A stretch of DNA of 60,777 nt, filler included, from Piptocephalis cylindrospora (taxonomy: Eukaryota): NCBI GenBank assembly GCA_003614145.1. It is 4 parts of 4 records of this genome, joined end to end, with 100 filler letters (N's around TTAATTAATTAA, not from the genome) between each part and the next. Parts side by side here need not be neighbours in the genome. Positions count along the whole stretch, not along the records: positions 1 to 15,257 come from KZ987903.1; 3 more parts are not named here. One strand, given 5' to 3'. Shown here in pieces: positions 1-14,271 of this stretch. The notes below the pieces were generated by a model that did not search any database, was not told the origin of the DNA, and saw only the letters and a program-made list of their open reading frames with translations. The translations under genes were made by a program, and so were the position numbers. Within the stretch, counting starts at the first letter, position 1. Each line of letters opens with the position of its first letter.

Positions 1-271
1 GATGAGGCCAAGTGAGTGTGGTCAGGCAAAGAAGGGCCCAGTGGTGACAAGAGTAGCGAGACGGAGACAGGGCAGGCGGATATTCCCGAACCTGGTCATT
101 CTTTAATTAGAATTGCTATTTTTCGAGAAAAAAACAATCGTCCCCTGAAGGCGGAGGAGTAGATGCTGTACTCAAACAACGGATGGCTTAAATGCGCGAG
201 ATGTTCTTGGACTGGCAAACCTTTATCATAAGCTTAACCTCCGTCATCAACGTATACATTTACACCTCGTT

Positions 272-3200
272 ATGTTATCTTCAGTGGTTCGACGAGCCTT
301 GGAGAAACCCTATCCAGCGCAGATAAAATTGGGCTTAGCCGGGCCCTTGGGACTGACCGTAAACTCATACGCCCTTAGACTCCAGAGTCGGTCCTATGCT
401 AGCAAGGTACCCAGAGTAAAGAGGACCATGCATCGAGACTCCTTAAAAATACTCACCCCATGTCTCTAGCCAAAGGAAGCAGAGTTAAACCCAGAGGATT
501 TCCCACCCGAAAGAATACGAAACTTTAGCATTATCGCCCATATAGGTCAGTCACAAGAACGACTTGGGGGATGTTGATAATTACACTAGATGGAAAAAGA
601 CTTATCTCACTAGTATTGCTATTCTTGATGGAATTGATTGGATGTATGCTTAGACCATGGAAAGAGTACCTTGGCTGACCGATTGCTGGAACTGACCGGT
701 AAGATAAACAGTAAAGCCTACAAAACCTTGTCTTATTCTTCCACTGACCAGTCCTTACGCCCCCCTTTCATCTTAGACACTATCTCCTCCGCCATGAAAA
801 ATAAGCAAGTGCTTGACAAACTTAAGGTGGAAAGAGAGCGGGGCATTACCGTAAAGGCCCAGGTAAGAATATGGATGGTACAGCGGAAAGTTGATAAGAT
901 ATGGAAGCATGCAGTCACACTCTTCACCTTCCTAGACAGCAACGATGGTGCAAGAGTACAAGGGAGAGAAGTACTTATTAAATCTTGTTGACACCCCCGT
1001 AAGGCTGAGGGACATATTCCATAGAGTTGGAAATGCCTTTTTGTGTATCAAGGATTTTACCTGATTTTCATCGTGGCGCCTCGATTAGGGACATGTGGAT
1101 TTTTCATACGAGGTATCCAGGTCACTTGCAGCATGCCAAGGATGTCTCCTCTTGGTGGATGCGTGTCGTGGGATTCAGGCCCAGACTTTGGCCAATTTTC
1201 ACCTGGCCTTTGCCCAGGACCTGGTCATCATTCCTGTGATTAATAAGGTATGAGCTCTTTTCATGGGAGGGGCTTTGTTCAGAGCATGACATGCTACTGA
1301 TTATTAGAAACAAGTAGATTGACTTGCCGACAGCGGAGCCAGAGCGAGTGGTGAAGCAAATTGAGAGTCTCTTGGAGATGGATAGCTCCTCTATCTTGCA
1401 GGTTAGTCGATGACGAAATCTCCAAGATATCTCATGACCTTGACGTATTTTTCTTCTAGATATCCGCAAAGAGTGGGATGAACTGCGAGGGCATTATCCC
1501 ATCGATTATTGAAAACATTCCATGGTATGACGAATTGGATGGATGATGTTTGATCATTGGCCCCCTCTCCCCTCAACTTACTCCCTTTCCGGTTAGCCCA
1601 ACGGGAAATTCCAAGGCACCACTTCGGGCTCTCGTGGTGGATTCATGGTTTGATACGTATGTAGGGGTCATCTCCCTCATGTCCATTGTAGACGGGACTG
1701 TAAAGAAGGGTGAGTTATAGAGAGGAGGTGGTGGAAACTGGTAGAGTTTAATCCATCCTCTGACTCTTGGCTTCCATTCTTACAGGGTCGGCGATTATGT
1801 CAGCTAATACGGGAAAACGATACGAGATTACTGAGGTACCCCTTGCGTGAGAGGAATAATGAGATTTATGCTTTTTAAATGACCCTCTTCTGCCAATAAA
1901 GGTTGGACTGATGCGTCCCCATGGGACCCCCACCACAGCCTTGTAGGTTTCTTCTTTGGCAGATTCCCTCCTATTTATCCGCCTTTCCCACTCATTCTCT
2001 CAATGTTTCATTTCGAACAGGTATGCCGGACAAGTGGGATACGTCGTATGCAACATGAAAGATGCGCATGAACTCATGTCCGGAGATACATTCTTTGATC
2101 CCCAGGAACCTGTTGAGGCCCTCCCGGGATTCCAAGTTCCTAAGCCCATGGTAACTAGTTATACCTTCTATCTACCATTTTCACTATCGTGATCTCATAC
2201 TGATATCATCTGGATGAATTAGGTGTTCGCCGGGCTTTTCCCCATGGATACGGATGATTTCACGCGGTTGCAAGAGGCCATCACCAAACTGACGCTAAAT
2301 GATAGTAGCGTGCAGGTGAAGAAGGAGACAAGGTGGGTGGCCATGAGTAGGGATGAGGAAAACCTGGATATTGAGAGATAGTGTCTATTGGTTGATCTCT
2401 ATCCTTTTTCTTATATCAGCCTCTCTCTATCTCGTTAAACACTTTTTCTATTTTCCAAATGTAGTACAGCACTAGGTCAAGGATGGAGAATCGGGTTCTT
2501 GGGAACCTTGCACATGGATGTGTTTCGCCAGCGTCTAGAGCAAGAGTACGGTGCAGAAGTTATCATTACTCAGCCTAATGTTCTTTACAAAGGTAAGGGA
2601 ATGGTATACTCGGTTTCTCTTCTTATTGACATGTATCACCCTATTCTAAATCTATTATCTGGCCTTCCGAACTCAGTGATTGATAAGGAAGGAGAGCGGT
2701 TTGTCCGAACTCCGGCTGACTTCCCGTCCTTTGAGACGGTGTCGATGAGGAAAACCGAGCTACTTGAACCCATGGTCCTGGCTACAATCGTTTCCCCCTC
2801 GGATTGCCTGGGTCAGCTTCTTGAGCTGTGTAATAGTCGACGTGGAGAGCAGCAAGATTTATCCTATATCGATGATACCCGAGTTCTCCTCCGGTTCCGT
2901 ATGCCTATGGCCGAGGTCGTGACAGATTTTTATGATGAATTAAAGTCCCGTTCCGCTGGATATGCTAGCTTTGATTATGAGGAGATGGGATACGAACATT
3001 CTGACCTGGTCAAAGTAGGCTAAAAGTTGGAAGAAAGAGCATATCCCTACCTATCCTTACCTCCTCTATATCGCCCCCTCTCCGGATAGATGGACGTACT
3101 GCTTAATTCTAAGCCTGTGGACGCCCTTGCTGTCATCATGCATCGCTCCAAAACTCGCTATGCAGGTCGGGAATTGGCCGCCAAGCTGAAGCGAGTCATT

Positions 3201-3501
3201 CAACGGTACGCTACCCTTCTCCCCTGTTTTCTTTATCACTTTTAGCTCTGAGCCTTATCCAATCCGATATAGACAACTATTTGAAGTGGCGATCCAGACC
3301 TCAGTCAACAACAAAGTAATTGCACGGGAAACAGTATCGGCGCTTCGGAAAAACGTCACGGCTAAATGTTATGGTGGGGATGTAACAAGGAAGATGAAGT
3401 TGCTAAACAAGCAAAAGGAGGGTAAAAAGCGCATGAAATCCATTGGAAGCGTCCAACTATCTCAGGATGCCTTCTACACGCTCATGTCTAAAGATAAATA
3501 A
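272..3501 (+). CDS. GUF1: Mitochondrial translation factor GUF1 (LepA/EF4 GTPase), multi-exon
   Basis: Spliced exons give [85 protein letters not shown] and C-terminal [34 protein letters not shown]. The Arg/Ser-rich N-terminus resembles a mitochondrial presequence. Many short GT-AG introns. Confidence 0.96.
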
Positions 3502-3750
3502 TCTTGATGAAGTGGGTGAAAACAAGCAAGGTTGTGGAGATGGAAGAGGTAATCGCGAATACACATTGCCTCAAACATTTATCCTTTGTACAAGCACATC
3601 CACACATATGAAGAGCGGATCAAGTCTAGTGTGATGATGATAAAACCATTTTATTTAACGTGAACTCGATATTACAATACATTTTAATTGCATGCGCTAT
3701 TTGGCATGGGCATTTCTTTCATTCGCGATGCAACGCAAAGTTTAGCAATG

Positions 3751-5408
3751 TTAGCTAGTATCCCTCTTTCGAAGCACTTTCCATCGTCGCCAACACTGTG
3801 AACCCAGTAGGGTAGGTACAGGGGGAGAAGAGGAAAGAGAAGGGGAAGGGGAAGATAAGTGAGTAGGTCTCATCATACAAAGCTCATTTATATCCCTGGC
3901 CCTTGAATTACCTGGTTATCTGTTCGATTGGGCATGACTTTAGAAATAGTGGACCATTGACCAGGTCCACCCTGCTTCTCCACCGCTTCTCGTAATTTCG
4001 AATCTTCCTATAAAGGACAGGTAAAGAGAAGGTCAGAGTAATTCAATGCCCCCATTACTCCTATTACCGGATTGTCCAGGATAAAAAAAACAATTTCGTT
4101 CGCTTACCTCCCAGGACCAGGGGTCCTTGTTGATCGATGGATCCAACACGTTGACCCATCGTTCTCGACACTGGACATCGGTTCTACCAGCAACGTAAGA
4201 CTTGATCTTGGCCCAACTCCCAACGCCATACACCTCCACTGCTGTTCGAAGACGCTAGAGGGGGATGAGGAAGGATGAATAAAAAGAGGGGTGCATGAAT
4301 GTGATCTGATCACACCTACATTATCCTCTTCCTGAGTCCATCGACCGCTACGGATGGTTGGGTTCAAGGACTTGGTCCATCGATGAAGGCACTGCTGACC
4401 TGTCCGGTTTACAAGGCAAGCGGCCACTTGCTGCCAGTTTTTATCTCCATAGAAGCGTACAGCCTGCCGAAGCATCTCATCTTCCTCCTTGGTCCACGTC
4501 CTAGTCCAATGCAGAATATAAATTGTAAGAATGGTTAGTTGCTAAAGAACTCGTTCCATCCTTCCTCAGATTCCAAGGGCACTCACGTTCGAATCAATGC
4601 CAACTTGCGCTGCTGATAGCGTCTAAAGCAGGCGATGGCTGTACGATTGGTGCCAAGGTCCGTGGCAATACTCACCCAGTCTCTCTCCCCCCGATCCCTG
4701 GAAAGGGAATCAAGATGCTCATCCTCCTCCTCGGTCCATTCCCCATGGTTGAGTCCAGGATGATCATGGACATACCATCGGATGCAACATTCTGCGGCTG
4801 TGCGCGTTCGTAGAGACTCGGCAATAACCGTCCATTCGAGAGGGATGGTTGATTTTAGCGCTTGTTCATCTGATACCGAAGCAATGCTCATCGGTGGATC
4901 AGAAGCGTAGGCCACATTGGCTCGTGCGTGTTGTAGGACGGCTGTGCGTAAGATAAGCCTTTCCCTCATTGTCCATAGGCGCATACGTGCTGGATGAGGA
5001 TCCGAGACTTGTGATTCCTCCGATGCTATTGAAAATCCTGGGGGCCTCTATGAGAGAGAAGGGAAGAGGCAGTGGGGATGGCCATTATGGTGAAATTCAC
5101 GCGATCATTTTCTTCCTCTACTCTATCAAGCTTACATGACCATGTTGATCCACAAAGAACCGTATAGGGCCCGTTCGTTCGGGTTGAAGAGGGCCAAGAC
5201 GTGCTCGTAATCTACGGGAATGTTGTCTCCATGCCTCTCGGACACGCTGTCGGCTGCTCTCAGCAGTGGTCAAGGCCCTGTCAATCTCCCGCATCTCGTC
5301 CACAAGCGCCAACTGATACCGACGGTTCAAATCGAGGAGTCGTTGGTCATGACCCTCTTCCCCTTCGGAGGAAAGGGAAGGGTTGGTGACTGTCGGATAA
5401 GGGTTCAT
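3751..5408 (-). CDS. Multi-repeat Myb protein, SNAPC4/SNAP190-like (snRNA-activating complex subunit)
   Basis: Four to five tandem Myb repeats across exons: RTAAECCIRW..HDHPGLNHGEWTEEED, WTKEEDEMLRQAVRFYGDKNWQQVA..RTGQQCLHRW, RTDVQCRERWVNVLDP, RTDNQCWRRW. N-terminal coiled segment LNRRYQLALVDEMREID. Start is approximate. Confidence 0.75.
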
Positions 5409-6400
5409 GCAGAAGCGTATTCTTCGTAACCGTCGCTAAGGTTAGAGAGACTGTCTACTAGTAAAGACGGGTCCTTGGAGCGTGTCTGAAGATGTAAAGA
5501 TAAAAAGTACACAAATGGAGATAAGATTTCAGGAACAGCCGAGTGGAAGGAAAAAAAGAGAAAGTCGGATCAGGAGGAGCAAGGAATAGATGATCTAGGG
5601 CACATGTGGGATTCTGACAGATGAGAAATAGCAACGCAACCCCTTTTTAAGACTGGGGAAGGTAAGGCTCTAGCCAATATCGTGCTAGAGGAATGCAACT
5701 TGTTGCAAACTGTGACAATCTAAATGATTCAACCAAGTGAATCAAGGATCAAATGCGAACCAAGGAGAGAGCAAAGGTGAAAAAGAAGAGAAACGGAAGG
5801 ATGGGCCCCAGAATGGGAGTGTTCTCCCTTGCTTCGTCACCTTGAATGCTTTCCCAGCCTCTTCCTTGGTCGGTGCGTCTCTAAACTTTCTCAATTATGT
5901 ATCCTGTGATCAGAACGCTCCTAGCTCAGATCATATCAGATCCTGTACGCCCGTTCTAAGCTACCTTGCGCTTTCTTCAATACACCTACGCGTCTCATAC
6001 CTAATCCATCTTGTTGTTGAATAATTTGTTGTCATATGGAGAAAACCGTCCAAGGGGCAGTCGGGGGGCGGAGGCAGGAGCTTTCGGCTATGAACGGCAG
6101 GGCGGGGATGGGTAGAAAGGCAGGTGGGGATGGTGGGAGTCAAATCCACAGCCGTGTCTTCAGTGCAGCGCTTTACCCATTGCGCTACATCACCCTCACC
6201 TATACCCATCTTCACATCATAACCCTCCATAAGAGCTCGCTTTTTCGTGTGTGGGCGCCAATTGCCCCACACGAACTATGGATGGCTACTCCACCAAAAC
6301 CGTCACTGACTAGAGGTTTCGGCCCTAACACCAGTGCTGTCAATGGCAAGCCCATAGTACCCATCCTGCTTTACCATCTCTATTACATCTAGACTATCTT

Positions 6401-8491
6401 ATGTCTCCTTCCATGGAGACGTCTATACCTTCATTCCGGCATCTGACCAAGGAGATTTCCCAGAGCTCCAAGTCCTTGTACGTCTACCGATGAGCTTCTT
6501 TTTTCCGAAGGACGCGATGGTGATGAGAAACGTCCCCATTTCCCTTACGCCTTTTCACGTATGATACTCTCTCCTTTTCCGCGTTACTTGAATAGATTGG
6601 ATAGGCTATGTTCCATTCAAGAGGACGGTAACTTTATTACCGAGGTGGTCGAGGCCTTTCCAAACCTGGCCGTGGTGGGTACGTTCTTGCTTTGCATAAA
6701 GGGACACGCGAGAGGGTGGATGATAACAGCACACCACGAAGACCCTTGCTTATGTTTCCACTGGTACACTAGCTAATCAAAGATGCGGAAATTGGTATGT
6801 TGACCCTAAAGTAAGGAATGATCGGGTGAATGAGGGTCAGGTATCAAGAGCGGCTACTAAATAGGATGATCGCACGAACAGCTCAAGATGGGAGAAGCCT
6901 ATTTTAAATCCACGGATGGCCACACAGGACAATGGTCTTTTAATTTACGTCGACTCAACCTACCTTTTGCACGATTAGCTCTTGCTCATGGAGGGTAAGT
7001 GAAGACCTGATAGTAGATGGGGAAGGGGGAGGGGGAGAAATGATTTACTCACCATTTCTTTTGGAACAGATGTATTCTAGTGGACTCCACTCGAAGAGGA
7101 AAGCGACTTCCAGACGCTCTCTCGAAAACGGTGCCCATCTGGTGTGCTGTGCTTAATGGGGCAATAAAACGTCAAAGGGACGCGCTCTCCTCTGGAAAAG
7201 ACACGGTTCACCGTGTCATCGATTGGAATACGGCCTTTTACGCCCCTCCTTCTACTGTTAGTGATAGTGAACGAGCTCAGATAGCAGAAAAGATCTCTGG
7301 GTGGGTAGATGCTCTACTGGTAAGGTTCCCTTTAGGTATGGGCATGTTCATGGGGTCATTTCCTTACCCACTCCTCCAAGTCCTCTCCAGCGGACCTCAA
7401 TGACCTGGTCGATCCGGTCAATGGATTAAGGAAACCTTTTCGTCCCATCTGGGTTCACCCAGGGTCCAGGATCCTTGAAAATCCCTCAAATTATCTAAGC
7501 CCCGAATTTTCCTTTACACCCATCCTGTGTGTATGTGCCTCTACATCAGGGCCAGGAACGATGAAACGTCGTCCTGGGTACTACTATGTACAGGGAGCAG
7601 CCGATGATGAGGAAGAATGGAATAGAGTAAGTCATAATGAGAGGGGGATAATGGCTGGCGAAAAGGTTATTTCCCCCCAAGCACCTCTCATCCACTATCT
7701 TCTTTTCCATTAGGGTCTGACCGCCTCTATATACTGGAATAATCGAGAATCCTTGTGCACTCAACCCTCAGCACAAGCCAGTATTTCCTTGATCCAGAAA
7801 TTGGTCCATAACCCCAAGGAGCAGCCCGTCTCAAGGAAAAAAGGCAGCATGGTCCAGACTATGCCTTTGGCAACCCCTATTGGCAGTACGGGTGTTTTCA
7901 TCGGTCGACGACGGAGTGGTAGACCCCCAGAGTGCTGGGAGGCGTATGACGCCATAATCAACTGCAGTCATCTCGAGTACCTCGGTATGGCTGAGCCAGC
8001 ACACCAAGGTAAATATTTATTCTTGAATATTCCAGAGGGGAAGCGAGGTGAGCGTCAACTGGGCCAAGCTATCCCCACGGCCCTCGCCTTTGCCCTCCCC
8101 CATGTCCTTGCCAGACACCGCATCCTCATCCACTGCTCCCAAGGCAAGGATCGGTCCGTTGGTATAGCCCTATCCGTCCTACTAGCCTTTTTCTCCGAAC
8201 AAGGTAATGATGTACCTTAGAAGGAGATGCATGCTGTCTTGAGCCCAGAATCACTCACTTATTATCTTCCCATTACTACTGGGCGTGGGGCTGGCATGAA
8301 TAGGAGCTTTGAGGGAGAATGCTTCCTTGGTCCTTTCAAAATCTACATCCATGCTTTTGTTGACCAAGCAGGATATCCAAGCACGTCTTCTGGCTGTGCA
8401 ACAAGCCCATCCTTATTCGATGCCCACCCGTGAAACCCTAAAGCAGGTTCATCGATACTTTCTTCCCATCGAGGCTCTAGATGGCGTATAA
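6401..8491 (+). CDS. RIT1: Initiator tRNA phosphoribosyltransferase Rit1 with C-terminal DSP-like domain, multi-exon
   Basis: Exons give LDRLCSIQED, ANQRCGNWYVDP, AYFKSTDGHTGQWSFNLRRLNL, VDSTRRGKRLPDALSKTVPIWCAVLN, GAADDEEEW, HCSQGKDRSVG and PTRETLKQVHRY. Confidence 0.93.
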
Positions 8492-8550
8492 TCACCACCT
8501 ACTACTCCAGAGGATAAAACCATTACGTTGGGTATCCATATCAAGATGCT

Positions 8551-11500
8551 TTAAAACCCAATGGGGGTCATGATAATCATGCAAACGTTGTATCCAAGAG
8601 GTTTCAGGGGAGGGGGAGGGAACAAAGAAAACATCCTACTATTAATGAAGATAATGATGGACACAGCCATGTGACACAAAAGAGGAAGTGGTACCTCAAA
8701 CTCATTATGCTCTCGAATATCATCCAAAAGCAACAAGTTTATGCTCAACTGCTCAGATGTAATCCACATCCTCCACCATCTCGCACTTTTCCTTCCATCC
8801 TTGAGGTAACTAACAAGGGCGCATTCAGAAAAGTAGGGGAAATATGAGTTAACATGACACAGATTCTCTTTCTCCTCCGTCCGCCTTACCTGAAGAGGCT
8901 CGTCCCTGTAGGGCACAAGACGACCGGGAAGTAACGTTATGAGGGAAGCCAATCCGATCCATCGCGCCTTCAAAGCTTTAGCCTTGTTCAACTGCCCATA
9001 GATAATGAGATGATGAAGGACATTGACGACTTCGTCCGCCGAGGTAATCACACGACTAGGCAACCGGCCTAGCGAGTCGATCAGGTAGTCCTTCTCGTAG
9101 ATGGTCCCCTTCTTTCCTCGGTTCTTCTTCCGTTCCTGCCGCTTTGTAGATCGAGAGCCTTTACTCATCAGAGATGCTGGGATAGAGGAACTCTTGGTGT
9201 ACCGGGTAAAGTCGGTCATGAGTGTAGATACCTCTGATTGGATCTCAACGTTATCCAAATGTCCATCATTCCCAGGGCCAGCTGCCTCCGAAGAAGCTGC
9301 AGCTGTATAGCACACGAAAGAAAGGGGTAGAGAGTGTGAGTTATGAGATAAAAGTAGCTTCCTCTTTCAGAAAATATTTTTGTATAGAGCCTTTCCTTAC
9401 CTGCTTCTACCAACTGTTGAGTCAATTCATCCAAACGATCCGCTTGGGTAGCACACTGCTTTCTCATTCCCTCCAACTCCTCACCAAGATGTTCCTCATG
9501 CTCCTCTAGGCGCTCCATTACCGTCGATTCCACCAGATCGGATCGACCATGCTCCACGGCGATCCTCCTAGCCTCACCATACTCATATCCCTCAAGCAGG
9601 CAGTCTACTGCCTCTTCCACATCCTCTAGGTACTCCATGAGCAAAGTGGCAGCGTCAAGGGGACGTCGATCTGCCTTTTGAGCCTCATATCCTAGCATAA
9701 CAAGATCACGGATGGTCTCAGAAGAGAAATTGTGGATTCGAGCCAGCGTCATCCCTTCCCTCCAGCCCTTGGACCGTACATACGCCCGTGCAGCCAGGGA
9801 CCATTCTTCGGCTAGGGAGAACACATGGCCGGCCTTTTGAAAGGCCTTTTCTTCATTCAAGAATTGGCCATAAGCTACCAGGATGCTCCTGCGCCGATCA
9901 TCCTCCTGTGAGGACAGGGAGACCTCGGAGGACATGGTGATGGCAGCAACGTACAGGGAATACTTAATGGCATACTTCAGCCATGTCTCAGCCTGAGAGG
10001 GGCCAGCAGCATACAGATGACTTAAAGATTTTTCCCGTCTTCCAAGCTGATCATCAATACGGGCCTGACGCAAGAGGGGATCCATTCCCCGGAGCTCCTG
10101 AAGGATGGGAAGATACTCTCGCGGATCTTGATGCGATCGCTGAAGGACAGACAAAGCCAAGGGAAGATCATAGATCCCAAGGGACGCCTCGTACAAGCGG
10201 TCGGTCTGGACGAGAAAGTGTAAAAAGTCTAAGGCAACCTCAAAAGCTTGCTTATCTCCCTCCTTGAGGGCATTGACACGGCGCAAGGCAGCCTCAAGGT
10301 CTGGCGGGTCCTCTCGAACGTGGGTAACGAGGATGGAATTCAAGTACCTACTAGGATCTTTATCTAACAAGGCCTTGCGCAAAGCTCCACAGATTTGATT
10401 CATCTTTCCATCCGTTTTCACATCCATATTTGGCTTCTGCGTAAGCATACTCCCATACAGCGTCTGGAGGGCATTGTCATCACTGAACGGAGTGATTGAA
10501 GGAATGGAAGAAGAAGGTAAGCCAGTGATCGGAAAGCACAGTCCCCATCCCCCTCTCCCCTACTCTACCCTACCTCAGGGCCGATGTGAACAAATCTAGA
10601 TAGTCTGGACGATCAACTTGTTGAACAAAGTCAGCAATGTGCTTGAGGAAATCAGCGGGGGCATGATCATATAGAACATTGAGATCTACACGATGCTTTC
10701 GGCAAGCCAAGAACGCCTCTTGATAGTCATGGGTATCCAGGGACCGGGAAACATGGGCCAGGACAAGAAAGTGCGGGTGAATGGTTTCAAGATTGCCTCG
10801 AGGCATCTGGAGTACGACTCCAGTCTCCTGAGGAATTCCACAGACTACTCGACCACCCCGTTCCATTCGACGGGCCAACGGATGCTCCTGAAGGGTGAAA
10901 GAGTGACTGGAAGCATCGAACAAGGAAGATTTCCGGAGAAAGAGTACTTGATGATTTGAGGTAGAGAGCAGGACACAGTCGTCATGCAGGCTAAATGAGG
11001 TGACCACAGAGGATACCAGTCGATCCCCAAAGTATAGACGCCCACGAGCTGTTAGCCCTAAAAGAACGACTTCATCACTAGTGGGATCAGATATGGCGAC
11101 CATGTAAGGACAGGGCTCGGGGAAAAAAGTGGGATACGGCGTGCAGTTCATGCCTTCCACCTTTCCATCGTCCGTCATAGCCACACACACTATCGTTGCG
11201 CACGAGTAAGAGACACCATTGGGTTTTAAAGAAAGAAAGTGAGTAGGTGATAGCGGGATACTGTGTAAAGGAGCGAGAACAACATGAAAAGAAAAAGTAC
11301 TCACCCTCGAGCAAACTCCCAGTATTGCTTTGAGCAAAGATGCGGCCAGTCAGGGGATCCTTAGCAATGCGAATAATGCTATCTGCCCCATCATTAGAGG
11401 GAAGAGCAAGGGGATAGCTAAAGAACTCAGTATCTTTCACACGGTCCTCTTCCATTTTCACTTGGGCGATCACAAGAGTCTCCTGGGTCTTCATCTCTTC

Positions 11501-13319
11501 GTCTTCACAGTCGGCAGTCGGAAAGGAGGTGATATAGAGAATATGGAGTGTTTCTGAATCTTTGCTCGATAAAACGGTCAAATGTCGTGGGATATGACCA
11601 ATAGGCAATCTGGTGTAATAAGGAAGCAAGAGAAAGTGAGCGGTGAAAGAATCGCCTATCGAGGGGAAAAGGATGACGAGAAGGAAGATACACGTACGTA
11701 GCATTGCCCAGAAGGGTAGGATCAGCAGTGGCAGACTTGGGCAGAGGACGATAAGTGTAGAAGGACAAGAGGGATGCGGTCTCATCAGACGCAGTCTGGA
11801 CAGCAGCAAACCCATCCAAACCTATGCCAAAGGCCACTGTTAGGAAGGCGCCCTTGTTGGTACCCTGAATACTTGAAGTGAACATGGGCGGAGGAACATT
11901 GGCGTATCGAAGTGGGGTCAAGTTGAGGTTACCTATGCCGAACAGGATGGGAGGGATGGGTGTATAAGGTTCAAGTAATACACCATGTACCCTAGCTTTG
12001 TCCCTACTTTGCCATTATCCCCCGACGCACATACCTCCATCAATTACAGCAGCGACGGCAGCAGTCCCATGGACACCATCGGTGTTTACTGCATAATCCC
12101 AAGTCAGTTCGAAAACTTGATGAGTAGAAAGGCCAAAAAGATGAAGGCGCATTGGATGCTCCTGCTCCCAAATCAGATCCTCCAAAGAAGATATACTGGC
12201 AGACAGGGCAATGTCCAATTTGCAAAACCAATGGTAATTGCTACAGGTCCACAGCTGCAATCTGTGGTTATCCCCAGTCTTTAATCCAACCGCAAGAATA
12301 TCAGACTTGGGGTTAAAAGAGAGCTGAGTCACTTGAAGCCTCGATCGAAGGATAGAGACATCCTTTGGAGCGGTGGACTTTGTAACAGGGGCCTCCTGTT
12401 CCAAAAGGATCTTTCCGTGCTGAAGACCATTTCTCTCGTAAAAGACAATGCATGGACGTGGTTCAGAAGGAGAGGAGAGGCAGGGGACTGCAATGAGACT
12501 GGTGAGAGGCCATCTCCAGGCAGCCAGACCCTCAGTCCATTCAGCAAGTTCTCCTGAGCACTGATAAACGCCCTCACGGGTGTAAATGCGTAAGGTGCGA
12601 CGACTTGCAATGGGATCAAATGCAGTGACGGCAAACAGCTTTCCATCACCTCTCCAGGTAATACAAACGTCTGAGGCCTGGGAATCCCCGGAGGTCTGAT
12701 CAGATGGAGGAGCTTCGGTGGGAGCTTGAGCCAAGGCAGCGGATTTACCGGCGCGGCCATGAAATTGGGTCTTCTTGCTCCCCCAGCCCACATTAACCTG
12801 GACATCCTTCCCCTGCTTCTGGGAAAATAAATCGGTCTCGAGAAGGACCTGGAAATCTTGGGTAAGTAAGAGGAGCTTCTCTGCGCCGGTGGTAACGATC
12901 AGGACTTCCTCTTCAGGAGACCATGCAGCCCCGGTGATGCCCGCATCCATCGTACCAAAGCTCTCGGGGAGTTCCAGCTCCATGGAGCCCATTTCAAGAT
13001 CCATCAGGGGAAGCAGGTAGATTTCTCCCGAAGCAAGGATGACACAGAGGGATTCCAGATCAGCGAGAACGTGGACGAGTACAACATGATCAGATGGGGA
13101 AGCCGAAGGAATGCGGCAGACGCGCTCACATATCCCATGGATCTGTCGCATGATGTGGAAAGTAACGTCAGGGCTATCCTCGGAGGCAAAAGGCCCAGAG
13201 ACTATATAGGCAGACCCAGACGCAGCGCCTTCCAGGGCAGCCTTAACTCCCTGGCCAGGCCCGGTGGAGGTTTCCGAGAGCCCGTACTGCAGATGTTTGA
13301 GGAGAACGAGGTTACGCAT
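8551..13319 (-). CDS. ELP1: Elongator complex subunit 1 (IKI3/ELP1), multi-exon
   Basis: MRNL start at 13319; VNVGWGSKKTQFHGRAGK, ITWRGDG, FYERNGLQHG, NYHW, TPLRYANVPPPM, LQMPRGNLETIHP, SHQDPREYLP, RKKNRGKKGTIYEKDYL. The 3' end is approximate. Confidence 0.95.
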
Positions 13320-14271
13320 GACGTGATGGAGGAGGGAAATGAGGAGAGGGGAGGGCAGAGGGAGGAAAAGAGCCTGGAGAGGCTCCCAAAAGGTCAGAGT
13401 TGTGTGCTTTTTTTTTATCATCATCATAAGTGTACCAGGATTCAGTTGTGCGTTCACCCTCGTTTTCAGGTAAAGTGACATTGGATTGTCATCTAGTCAC
13501 CGACTGGGCCCTTGAAGTTTTTGAATCAGAACATTACCATGCCATAGACGCAAGTAGCATCAATTGATTATGGCAGTCCCCAAATTGATCGAGAGCCCTT
13601 GTCTGTATCCGTGGCATTTCTCTATGCTCATAAAGTCACATTTTCTCATTCTGATACTCTCCAGGGCTATGCATCGTCAAGCGCCTCTCTCATCCTACAA
13701 TGAGGATGAAGCCCGCTATATTCTCGCGTATTGAGGCGGGCTTTTGAGTGTTTGAACATAATATTCGCTCTAAGGTTAGTAGGTGCAGTAACAATGAGAT
13801 CATCCCTGACGCGCACCCTATATAGAGGTACTCATTGACATTGCAGATACCTGCCATCCATTCTCATTCGGAAGAACTTTCGCGATTATGCAGGTTTCAG
13901 GAGTAGATCCGAGAATTTCCTGATGTATTTACGCATCTCATCGTCCTCCCAATGACTGCATGCCCATTCGCCTCCCGAGATCTTCATTCCTTTCCCGATC
14001 ACCACCAATGGTCAACTTTTCTTCAAATTCAGAAAGTCTCCCTCCCCATCTCCATTTCTTTCACACTCTACACCTTCTCTCCCTGTCGTTCTACTACTTG
14101 CACCTCTCCAACCATATGCTTTCATAAAAATTGCCATCATTTTGGTATACACTTTCACGACTGCTAGTCATCATCCACCAATTTATCCCTATCGGTGCGT
14201 TATCCTTAGCTATTAGATCTTCCTGTATAAGAATATAAATTCAGTCTCAGTAGATCTGTCTTTTAAAGGCC

